Of a stretch of 38,257 nt of DNA, positions 8,061 through 15,894 are shown in pieces. The notes beneath the pieces were generated by a model. The model worked only from the letters and a program-made list of their open reading frames with translations. It searched no databases and was not told the origin of the DNA. The stretch covers positions 1 to 38,257 of IMG/VR virus record IMGVR_UViG_3300016484_000799; one strand, written 5' to 3'. Every line of letters starts with the position of its first letter. Positions within the stretch are counted from its first letter, which is position 1. The DNA comes from a virus. The position numbers and the translations under genes are program-made.

Positions 8061-8281
8061 TTTGTCCACTTATCTTCTCTATTTTCAGTCTGTGAAATAA
8101 GTAAATTTAAGAAGTTCTTCGCTGCTTCATTTGATATACTGTGTGCTTCTGGAAATCTATAACCTCTTCTATCAAGCTCATCTAAAAACTGCATAGCAAT
8201 GTTTGACTGCCAAGAGTAATAATATCCTGTGTCTTTCAATAGTTCATTTGATAAATGGTCAATTGCGTCTTTTGTTTGCAT
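8057..8281 (-). CDS. Hypothetical protein, 74 aa
   Basis: ORF in the coupled leftward operon. No motifs. Confidence 0.55.
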   Translation of the reverse strand: MQTKDAIDHLSNELLKDTGYYYSWQSNIAMQFLDELDRRGYRFPEAHSISNEAAKNFLNLLISQTENREDKWTK

Positions 8282-8284
8282 AAT

Positions 8285-8644
8285 TTATCCATCTGTTTGT
8301 TCGTTAAGTATTTTGCGCGCTGATTCGAGTGCTTGTTTTGTTCTTACTATTAGACAATCCTCTTCCAAAAAATGAGACTGGCAACATCCATGATGATCTA
8401 ACCTACAAGGCTCATCATGCACTTCTAAAAACTCTTCAGAAAGCTCGCTCAGCTCTGCATACGCTTGCTTATATTTTTCTAGTTCTGATTGGAGGGATTC
8501 GACTGCGCTGTATTCGATGACGTGATTTGCCACTCTTTTAATTGAAGCAATGTCTTTTTCATATAGCGTAGACAAAGAGTGCTCACTCCACACTTCTCTT
8601 CCCGAAGCAGTCATAATCCAAAACTCTCTCGCCTTCTCACTCAT
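8285..8644 (-). CDS. Hypothetical acidic protein, 119 aa, with an HHGCCQSH Cys/His cluster
   Basis: ORF in the leftward operon. It is Glu-rich and carries a CRLDHHGCCQSH...DC cluster. Confidence 0.55.
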   Translation of the reverse strand: MSEKAREFWIMTASGREVWSEHSLSTLYEKDIASIKRVANHVIEYSAVESLQSELEKYKQAYAELSELSEEFLEVHDEPCRLDHHGCCQSHFLEEDCLIVRTKQALESARKILNEQTDG

Positions 8645-8675
8645 AATTCACCATTTCTCATCTTTTCAATGTCTG

Positions 8676-8948
8676 TCATAGTTCACACCACTCGCCTTTA
8701 TTATAAAGTTCGCAAGCTAATTTATGATTTTCAATTTCCCAATGTTCACAACATTCATAATCAGGCCAAAAGTTATTTGGGTTTTTTGGTCTATAAAAAC
8801 CATATCCATCAGCGTTCCCATCTCCTTTAGTTGAATAAGATCCTATTCCCCATGAACCTTGCTCATTTGGTGTTTTATTTGGTTCTTTAGACATTTTAGT
8901 TAAAGTACATTCACCTGTAAAAGCATTTACTTTATATTTTTCTTTCAT
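8676..8948 (-). CDS. Hypothetical Cys/Trp-rich protein, 90 aa
   Basis: ORF in the leftward operon, containing the segment PDYECCEHWEIENHKLACELYNKGEWCEL. Confidence 0.55.
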   Translation of the reverse strand: MKEKYKVNAFTGECTLTKMSKEPNKTPNEQGSWGIGSYSTKGDGNADGYGFYRPKNPNNFWPDYECCEHWEIENHKLACELYNKGEWCEL

Positions 8949-8980
8949 CTTTCACTCACCCTTCTCGTAAAGTATCTATT

Positions 8981-9184
8981 TTAGATTTTTGTTGATAATT
9001 GATCCTTTTTAAGTAATCTTTCACGTAGCGTATCTATTTCTGTATCGCTTATAGAAACTACTCGAATAGAGTTCTTTCCCCTTACTTCTTTTACAAAAAA
9101 TTCAGCTATTATCTTTTTATCTTTTATAAAGTGAACTTTTTCGCCAAGCTTAACAGTTAAACAAACTGCATATTTATTACTCAT
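8981..9184 (-). CDS. Small beta-rich protein, 67 aa (weak CsrA/AbrB-like pattern); alternative upstream ATG at 9205
   Basis: ATG 9184 overlaps the TGA of the exonuclease gene (ATGA coupling). The segment CLTVKLGEKVHFI...SIRVVSISDTEIDTLRERL loosely parallels CsrA [11 protein letters not shown]...[18 protein letters not shown]. Confidence 0.5.
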   Translation of the reverse strand: MSNKYAVCLTVKLGEKVHFIKDKKIIAEFFVKEVRGKNSIRVVSISDTEIDTLRERLLKKDQLSTKI

Positions 9185-10035
9185 ATTATTTTTTTCACTG
9201 TCCAATATATACTTGTCTTTTTTCTATATTGCTCAAGATCTATATTTTTAATAGCATCTATTTTCGAATAATCAACATTCCCTTTTCTAATTACTTTTGA
9301 AATTAAATAACCATTGCATAAAGTTTTAGGGTGAGAAATATTTTTAACTAAATTAGATTTTAATAATTCCAATCTCTCTTCAATGTTTTTTAACTCTTCA
9401 CTCTTTGCTATGTAAATGTCATTCAGTTCAGAAAACTCTTTTAAACCATCAACATGATCAACTTCTTTTTTGTCTTCATCGGTAAGTTCTGGGGGAACTT
9501 TCTTCAAAATATGATTATTCCAAAAATTATCAACTGAATTAACTAATCTCGTTGTGTATTCAATATCTGGCAATACTTCAACAATAGCTAGATTATTGGT
9601 CCCATCGTAACTTACATAATGAGCCTTTTTTGCGTTAGCACAAAATATTTGGTATTGTACTTGAGCGTAATAGCAACGTGGTATTTTACCAGATAAAGCC
9701 TCTGCATGTTTTTCCTTACTTGGATATTTAAACTCAACAACTAGATCTCGCTCTTTATTATATCCATCAAGTGATGCTCTAAAATGTGGATTCTCAGAAA
9801 CAGAAAAAAGAGTAGGTGGGACTTCATAACCATTTTGAAGCTCATACAATGCTCGGATCTTAGGCTCTGCCTCTGTACCTCTCTGCATTGCAAAGTTAGT
9901 TTCTTTATTCTCAGTTAAACCAAGCTTTAACTCGTAAAGCTTAAAAGGAGTTAAGCCGAACGCATTTTCATTCATTAACGCAGATACTTCCGATGATCCT
10001 ATGCCTTTAGATCTCCAGATGTGCCATTCATTCAT
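9181..10035 (-). CDS. YqaJ-like (lambda Exo-type, PD-(D/E)XK) recombination exonuclease
   Basis: The N-terminus WHIWRSKGIGSSEVSALM...LTPFKLYELKLG...QRGTEAEP is typical of YqaJ proteins. SLDGY...VVEFKYPS fits the D...E-x-K motif. Confidence 0.8.
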   Translation of the reverse strand: MNEWHIWRSKGIGSSEVSALMNENAFGLTPFKLYELKLGLTENKETNFAMQRGTEAEPKIRALYELQNGYEVPPTLFSVSENPHFRASLDGYNKERDLVVEFKYPSKEKHAEALSGKIPRCYYAQVQYQIFCANAKKAHYVSYDGTNNLAIVEVLPDIEYTTRLVNSVDNFWNNHILKKVPPELTDEDKKEVDHVDGLKEFSELNDIYIAKSEELKNIEERLELLKSNLVKNISHPKTLCNGYLISKVIRKGNVDYSKIDAIKNIDLEQYRKKTSIYWTVKKII

Positions 10036-10046
10036 AAAAAACCTTT

Positions 10047-10100
10047 TGTTGTTGTTGTTGTTGACAACTTGTATTTTAATATTTTAAACAAATCAAACAA
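10047..10100. promoter_or_regulatory. Divergent early control region with face-to-face sigma70-like promoters and a (GTT)5 tract
   Basis: Rightward promoter is TTGACA (10061..10066), 16 nt, then TTTAAA (10083..10088). Leftward promoter, read on the minus strand, is TTGTTT (10100..10095), 16 nt, then TAAAAT (10078..10073). gttgttgttgttgttg at 10047..10062 abuts the -35 element. Confidence 0.4.
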
Positions 10101-10113
10101 AAAAGGAAAATAA

Positions 10114-10299
10114 ATGTATAATTTAAAACTGGAGCGTCAAAAATACAAAATAAGTCAAATGCAATTGTCAAAATTGACAAACATAAAAAGATATATATTA
10201 ACAGAAGCTGAATGTGGGTATAGAGAACTAACTAAAAAAGAAATTAAAACAATAAGAAAGGTATTAAATGGAAATTTTGAAAAAAATAACAAAAGGTAG
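10114..10299 (+). CDS. XRE/Cro-type helix-turn-helix regulator, 61 aa
   Basis: ISQMQLSKLTNIKRYILTEAECGYR fits the HTH_XRE pattern. It is the first gene of the rightward early operon. Confidence 0.7.
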   Translation: MYNLKLERQKYKISQMQLSKLTNIKRYILTEAECGYRELTKKEIKTIRKVLNGNFEKNNKR

Positions 10300-11167
10300 G
10301 ATAAAGAAGCCGTTCTTTATGCTATTAGCCGGACCCCCAGGAATAGGTAAAACAACATTCGCGGCAGGATCAGAAAATGCGTTAATAATAGGTCCAGAAG
10401 AGGGTTCTTATAACTTAGACGTATCTAGAGCACCAAAAGCTAATTCGTTAAATGATATATTAAATGTAATAGATGAATTAAGATCTCAAGATCATGAGTT
10501 TAAAACACTTGTAATCGATTCGCTAAGTGCGACTGAGCCTTTAGTCTGGGAAGCTGTTTGCAAAGTTGATGGTTCTAAATCAATAGAACAAGCTCAAGGA
10601 GGATTTGGAAAAGGTTACACAATGGCGAACAAAATGTGGCAAAATCTTATTTCTTCTCTTCATTCGTTAAGAGATGAAAAAAATATGAATATTATTGTTA
10701 TAGCACATAGTATGATTAAACCATTTAATGATCCAATGCTTGCGCAGCCATATGACAGATATGTAATTTCATTAAACGAAAAGGCGAGCGCACTATGGTC
10801 AAGAGAAGTAGATGTTATCGGTTTTGCAAATTATGAAATATTTCTAAAAATAGGGCAGACTGAAAAGAAAAACAAAGCACTGTCCGAGAACAATAGAATA
10901 CTTTATCTCAATAGAAGACCTGAGTTTGAAGCTAAAAACAGACTTGGATTGCCAGACGAAATGCCTCTGTTGTTTTCAGAATTTGAAAATCATTTAAAGA
11001 ATGCTTACTCTATCGGAAGCGTTGAATCTATTACATTAGAAATTCAAGATCTTCTGCAAGAAGTAAAAGACCAAGATTTAAAAGATAAAATTACTGCGTC
11101 AATAATCGGCGCGAATCAGCAAAAGCTGATGCAAATTAAAAACAGAATAAAGGAGATATTAAAATGA
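10268..11167 (+). CDS. AAA_24-type (Sak4-like) RecA-fold ATPase
   Basis: Walker A is LLAGPPGIGKTTFA and Walker B-like is TLVIDSLS. It sits next to an SSB-like gene and opposite an exonuclease, which is the usual Sak4 module. Confidence 0.75.
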   Translation: MEILKKITKGRIKKPFFMLLAGPPGIGKTTFAAGSENALIIGPEEGSYNLDVSRAPKANSLNDILNVIDELRSQDHEFKTLVIDSLSATEPLVWEAVCKVDGSKSIEQAQGGFGKGYTMANKMWQNLISSLHSLRDEKNMNIIVIAHSMIKPFNDPMLAQPYDRYVISLNEKASALWSREVDVIGFANYEIFLKIGQTEKKNKALSENNRILYLNRRPEFEAKNRLGLPDEMPLLFSEFENHLKNAYSIGSVESITLEIQDLLQEVKDQDLKDKITASIIGANQQKLMQIKNRIKEILK

Positions 11168-11589
11168 AAGCATTTTTAACTGGAGCAAGGTATGAAGAGT
11201 CAAAACAAAAAGGGACGCCTGGAGTAAATTTTAAATTTACAGATGAGCAGGGAGTGCATCATTATGCTCATTTATGGCTTACAGAAAAGACAATTAAAAA
11301 TTCTGAGAATGTAATGACTAACGTCCTAGGATGGAACGGATCTGAGGATTTCTCTGCTGAGGATACTTTTAACTGGGGTTGTGAAGTTGATTTAGTAATT
11401 AATGAAGAAACTTACGAAGGCGCAACGCGATCTGTTGTGAAATTCATTAACAGCCCAGACGGAGCTAGGTTTTCAAAAAATACTCCAATGACTTCAACTT
11501 CAAAATCAGCTTTTGATTTATTAAAAGCTCAGAGATTATCAAATAAAAAAACTACGAATAAAAAATCAGATGAAGACGTTGGATTTTAA
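11164..11589 (+). CDS. SSB-like single-strand DNA-binding protein (DUF669-like)
   Basis: It sits directly after the AAA_24 gene. The C-terminal acidic tip SDEDVGF resembles the SSB DDDIPF tail. AGGAG lies upstream and the start is coupled. Confidence 0.55.
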   Translation: MKAFLTGARYEESKQKGTPGVNFKFTDEQGVHHYAHLWLTEKTIKNSENVMTNVLGWNGSEDFSAEDTFNWGCEVDLVINEETYEGATRSVVKFINSPDGARFSKNTPMTSTSKSAFDLLKAQRLSNKKTTNKKSDEDVGF

Positions 11590-11927
11590 TGGCTCAACTT
11601 CATTCTGATCTGATAAAAAAAACTTTAAAAGAATTTTCAGCGTCAGGACTAGCTACCTGTTTTAGGATAGAAACAGGTGTTGCTAGGTCGCTTGATGGGT
11701 CAAGAATAATATCGTTCGGTTCAAAGGGGATGAGCGATATTATAGGAATTACTTCAAATGGATTATTTATTTCAATAGAAATTAAAATAGGTAGAGACGA
11801 TCTCAGGGAAGACCAGATTAATTTTAAAAATATGATTCAGAAAAACAAAGGCCTTCATTATGTCATTAGAAACGAACAAGATTTGTCTTCGGCCATATCA
11901 GACGTTAGGCATAGAATTATTGCGTAA
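11589..11927 (+). CDS. VRR-NUC / PD-(D/E)XK nuclease
   Basis: GMSDIIGI...LFISIEIKIGRD supplies the D...E-x-K core. It is adjacent to an SF2 helicase, as is usual for VRR-NUC genes in phages. Confidence 0.65.
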   Translation: MAQLHSDLIKKTLKEFSASGLATCFRIETGVARSLDGSRIISFGSKGMSDIIGITSNGLFISIEIKIGRDDLREDQINFKNMIQKNKGLHYVIRNEQDLSSAISDVRHRIIA

Positions 11928-13266
11928 CCAGATAAAATCTGGTCAGAAGCGTGTTGTTCTCCAGTTATCAACTGGAGCAGGCAAAGGATTGATCATGTCT
12001 GAGATAAACAACAATATTTTAAAAAATAATAAAAAAGTTCTTAATGTTATGAAACGACGAGAATTAATTCGTCAAACAATAAAAAACTATAAAAAATATC
12101 ACAACATAGACGCCTCTCCATTAATGAATGGAGAGAAAAACTTTAATAAAGATAATCCATGTCAAGTTTGCTCAATAGATACTATTAGATCAAGACTGCC
12201 TACATTAGATTTTTTAAAATTATTTGACATAATATTAATCGACGAAATGCATGACACTGGATCTAATACATATAAAAAATTATTCGATTTTTTAGGAGAT
12301 AAAACTTATTTAGGTCTCACGGCAACGCCTTTCGGAATAACTAAATTTTGGCAGTCAGTAGTTGTACCAATTCAACCATTCGAATTAAGAGATCATGGTT
12401 TTTTATCTAAAGTCGATGTTTATGTTCCATCGTCACAGATAGACACAACAAACATAAAAAAAACATCAGGAGAGTTTAATCAGACTCAGCTTTCAGCAGA
12501 GGTTAAAAAAACAAAAATAGTTGGAGACATAATTAAAAACTATAAAGACCACGGACAAGGAAAGCCAGCTATTCTTTTTGCAGTATGTAAAGATCATTCT
12601 AAGTTAATGGCAGAAAAATTCAATGAAATAGGCATCCCAGCGATTCATCAAGACGAGTCAAACTCCTCAGAGGATAGGGACGCAGCAATAAAAAAACTTG
12701 AGTCTGGAGAAATTAAAGTTCTTTGTAACGTAAATATATTTTCAACAGGGGTTGATATTCCTATTGCTACAATTGGAATAATGGCTAGGCCAACGATGTC
12801 AGACAAATTGTATGTTCAACAAGTTGGAAGGCTTCTAAGGGTTCATCCAGATAAAGAGAAGGCAATAATTTTTGACCATGCTGGCAATACTCAAAGATTC
12901 GGTCTGCCTTATAGGCCAAGAGCATGGTATTATGAAAAAGAAAAAAAACAAACTGAACCTGAAGAAGAAATAAAAGTATGTAAAAAATGTTTTTATTCTT
13001 ATGATCCACCAGGTCCGTGTCCATCATGTGGCAGCACTGAAACGTCAAAGACAAGACAAATAAAAACAGAATATGGACATCTTATGTTATATAAAGATGA
13101 TCCAATTATTAACGAATTTTTTTATTTAAGAGATCTTGCAAAATCTAAAGGGTGGAAACATAACGCAGTATTTTTTAAATTGTATGATAAATTTTCAGAC
13201 TCTATGTTAACAAGCCCAGTGACGCCTTCATGGTTTAGGAGATTAAAGCAAAATGCTTCCAAATAA
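11860..13266 (+). CDS. Superfamily-2 DEAD/DEAH-type helicase with C-terminal zinc ribbon
   Basis: Motifs seen are LRPYQ (Q/Ia-like), LSTGAGKG (motif I), LIDEMHD (motif II), LGLTATP (motif III) and QQVGRLLR (motif VI). CKKC...CPSC forms the ribbon. Confidence 0.85.
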   Translation: MSLETNKICLRPYQTLGIELLRNQIKSGQKRVVLQLSTGAGKGLIMSEINNNILKNNKKVLNVMKRRELIRQTIKNYKKYHNIDASPLMNGEKNFNKDNPCQVCSIDTIRSRLPTLDFLKLFDIILIDEMHDTGSNTYKKLFDFLGDKTYLGLTATPFGITKFWQSVVVPIQPFELRDHGFLSKVDVYVPSSQIDTTNIKKTSGEFNQTQLSAEVKKTKIVGDIIKNYKDHGQGKPAILFAVCKDHSKLMAEKFNEIGIPAIHQDESNSSEDRDAAIKKLESGEIKVLCNVNIFSTGVDIPIATIGIMARPTMSDKLYVQQVGRLLRVHPDKEKAIIFDHAGNTQRFGLPYRPRAWYYEKEKKQTEPEEEIKVCKKCFYSYDPPGPCPSCGSTETSKTRQIKTEYGHLMLYKDDPIINEFFYLRDLAKSKGWKHNAVFFKLYDKFSDSMLTSPVTPSWFRRLKQNASK

Positions 13267-15598
13267 TTTCGAGTACAATAATAAATTTTTCAGATATGGT
13301 ATAAAAGACAGACAATGGGCTATTGGTCATGAGTGGACTTTTAAAGGACAAATCTATCGAATCGCACATTACGGTGATTGGTCTACTGGAGAAACCAACA
13401 CATGGAAATCATACGACGAAAAGCAAGCATCATTAGAGTTTAAAAGAAAAGAAAAAGAATCATTAGAAGAAATCAAAATAACTGTTGATCTTGAGAAAGA
13501 AAAAATTCATAGCGAGTGCTCGAAGGAGTGGTCATCTAAGTGGGTTGAGTTACCCGATCCAGGCAGTGTTCATGATTATTTAATCTCAAAGGGATTAATG
13601 AAGTCTTACGGATCAAAACTTGATGAGCGCGGTACACTGCTGATTCAAGTTGTAAACGAGACTGGAATAGCGGGAGTGCAGAAAATTTACAAGGATTTTT
13701 CTGGGTTTCAAAAAAGGTTTTCAACTGGCATAAAAAAGAAAGGATCTTTTTCTTTCATCGGTGATTATAAAACAGCCGATCATTTATATTTGTGTGAGGG
13801 TTTCGCAACGGCTTGTAGTATTTATGAGGCAACTGGTTTACCTGTGGTCATTGGGCTTGATGCTGGGAACTTATTCGAGGCCATAAAAAATCTTCGATCT
13901 ATAAATAATAAGTGTAAAATAATATTATGTGCAGATCTTGATAAAAATAGAATAGGCCAGGCAAAAGCGTATTATTGTAAAAAATTCTTTAGAAATATAA
14001 TAGTTAAAGAGCCGAAATTTACTATTAAAAGCGATAAACAAACAGATTTTAATGATCTTCATTGTTCAGAAGGCCTCGACACGTTAACAGAGCAGCTTAA
14101 ATTTACTGATAATGAGTTCACCTATATTAAATACCTTGGATATGATGGACATAATTTTTATTACTCATCGAGCGAGAATCATCATGTTATTGGCTTAACC
14201 TCTGCGAACCATACAAAGAATAATTTATTTAGTTTGGCGCCAATGGAGTTCTGGACCTCCACATTCGCAAACGAAGAGGGGAAAATCTCTTGGGACCACA
14301 TCACATCACATATGATGCAGAAATGCAGAGCTGAGCCAACTTTTAACCCAGAAATGGCTCGAGGCGTTGGGGTGTGGATCGATAACGGAATAGTGACGGT
14401 GAATAACGGTGAAGAGTTAATTCCAGACGTCCCAAGTAGTAAATATTATTATGAAAAAATATATAAATATGATGTCGATTTAAGCAGAGACCTCTCAGAC
14501 GAGGACTCTTTGGAGTTAATTGATTTATTCAGAAAACTGCCATGCAAATATGAGTATGATTATATGTATATATTCGCTTGGTTTGTTCAGAGCCAGATTT
14601 TCGAGTGCCTTGATTGGCGTTGCCACTTATGGCTTACCGCAGAGCGCGGAGCTGGTAAGAGCAAAATTTTAAGCTGGATTGAGAGTATTAGCACGTTTTG
14701 CGTTAAAACAGAGGATTCAACGTCAGCAGGCGTGGCTCAAACGATTAAAAATGATGCCATACCTGTTATATATGATGAGGCCGAGGCAGAGAAGGTTGGA
14801 ACAATATTAGACCTTGCTCGTCTTTCCTCGTCTAGGTCTAATGGAAAAACCATGCGTGGGACTCCTTCTGGAAAGGCTACGTCGTACAGGGGGCGTGGAA
14901 TATTCCTTTTCGGATCTATCCAGCCAGCTCCAATGAAGGGATCAGATCTCTCTCGGTTTTTTGTGGTTGAATTAAAAAAGAAGAAAAACAGGGACGAATA
15001 TTTGCAGATGGTCGAAGGATTTAAGAAATTCGCGGCAAAGAAAAAAGAAATATTTGCTAGAATCGTATCTAGTGTTGACCAAATTAAAGAATCAATTAAT
15101 ATTGCCAAGGACGTGCTATCTGAGTCGGACCTGGATGCTAGGCAGTGTGATCAAATATCGTTGGCCATGGCGTGTTTATGGTCGTTTAAAAGCAATAAAA
15201 TTATTACCAAGCAAGAATGCATTGACTTGATTTTTGAAATGAGGATCATGTATTCGGATTATGTTGCACAAAACGAAGAAACTGATTTTGATATGTGTCT
15301 GCACGATCTGTTAGCAATAGAAACTGATCATCAAAATACAAATATCGGTCAGATTATAAATATTTTAAAATCAGGGCCAAATTCCGAATGTGATAGAATT
15401 TTAAGCACATTCGGACTTCGATACTTTAAAGAAGACAGTAGCCTTTTTATTGCATCGCGCTGTCCAAAGACAGTTTCTAAGATGAAGACCTATCCAGCAT
15501 ATAAAAAAGTTCTTTCTCGTAGTGAAAAATGCATCAGAACATCTGATAATCAAGTTGTTGCTGGGCGGCAAACAAAGGGAATCAGACTCTTACTATAG
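13253..15598 (+). CDS. TOPRIM primase fused to a P-loop replicative helicase-like domain
   Basis: The TOPRIM-like part is YLCEGFATACSIYEATGLPVVIGLDAGNL ... LCADLDKN. Walker A is ERGAGKSK and Walker B is PVIYDEAE. Confidence 0.75.
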   Translation: MLPNNFEYNNKFFRYGIKDRQWAIGHEWTFKGQIYRIAHYGDWSTGETNTWKSYDEKQASLEFKRKEKESLEEIKITVDLEKEKIHSECSKEWSSKWVELPDPGSVHDYLISKGLMKSYGSKLDERGTLLIQVVNETGIAGVQKIYKDFSGFQKRFSTGIKKKGSFSFIGDYKTADHLYLCEGFATACSIYEATGLPVVIGLDAGNLFEAIKNLRSINNKCKIILCADLDKNRIGQAKAYYCKKFFRNIIVKEPKFTIKSDKQTDFNDLHCSEGLDTLTEQLKFTDNEFTYIKYLGYDGHNFYYSSSENHHVIGLTSANHTKNNLFSLAPMEFWTSTFANEEGKISWDHITSHMMQKCRAEPTFNPEMARGVGVWIDNGIVTVNNGEELIPDVPSSKYYYEKIYKYDVDLSRDLSDEDSLELIDLFRKLPCKYEYDYMYIFAWFVQSQIFECLDWRCHLWLTAERGAGKSKILSWIESISTFCVKTEDSTSAGVAQTIKNDAIPVIYDEAEAEKVGTILDLARLSSSRSNGKTMRGTPSGKATSYRGRGIFLFGSIQPAPMKGSDLSRFFVVELKKKKNRDEYLQMVEGFKKFAAKKKEIFARIVSSVDQIKESINIAKDVLSESDLDARQCDQISLAMACLWSFKSNKIITKQECIDLIFEMRIMYSDYVAQNEETDFDMCLHDLLAIETDHQNTNIGQIINILKSGPNSECDRILSTFGLRYFKEDSSLFIASRCPKTVSKMKTYPAYKKVLSRSEKCIRTSDNQVVAGRQTKGIRLLL

Positions 15599-15661
15599 CT
15601 TTTACTGGGCATTTTACCGAAAAAATTAATAGCTAAGCCAGCGATTTGACTGTCTTTTTTT

Positions 15662-15850
15662 TATTTCTACCATTCTACAGTAATTTTTGAAATTATATAC
15701 ACACCCCTATATATATATTCTCTCTCTCTCTTCTATCTATCTATCTATCTATAAATAGAGATATATATAGTATATAGGTAATGTGTTTGAAATCATTAAA
15801 GAATTTTAAAAAAAAAATTCTACCTTCTACCGAAAAAAAACTGTAGAATT
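15662..15850. repeat. Iteron-like TTCTAC repeats flanking an AT-rich microsatellite core (candidate replication origin)
   Basis: TTCTAC occurs at 15665, 15673, 15818 and 15825. ttctacag (15673..15680) is the inverted complement of ctgtagaa (15841..15848). The core holds (TA)5 at 15708..15718, (TC)6 at 15719..15730, (CTAT)5 at 15733..15752 and further TA runs to 15778. Confidence 0.45.
15808..15850 (-). terminator. Possible weak intrinsic terminator for the methyltransferase gene
   Basis: aattctac (15816..15823) pairs with gtagaatt (15843..15850). On the minus strand this is followed by a T-run (the A-run 15808..15815). The stem is AT-rich and the loop is 19 nt, so the structure is weak. Confidence 0.25.
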
Positions 15851-15894
15851 GTTTATATATGCGTATATTTGATTTTTCAGAAAGTGATTAACTT

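Noticed and set aside
7365-8830. Plus-strand ORFs 7365..7571, 8329..8520 and 8579..8830
   Set aside because: They lie opposite the tightly coupled minus-strand early operon and give low-complexity hydrophobic products typical of AT-rich antisense frames.
12785-15108. Minus-strand ORFs 12785..13054, 13536..13724 and 14737..15108
   Set aside because: They are antisense to the helicase and primase genes, both of which carry clear motifs.
15708-15778. CRISPR array or a coding feature in the TA/TC/CTAT microsatellites
   Set aside because: These are simple di- and tetranucleotide repeats with no spacers and no ORF. They are better read as an AT-rich unwinding or low-complexity element.
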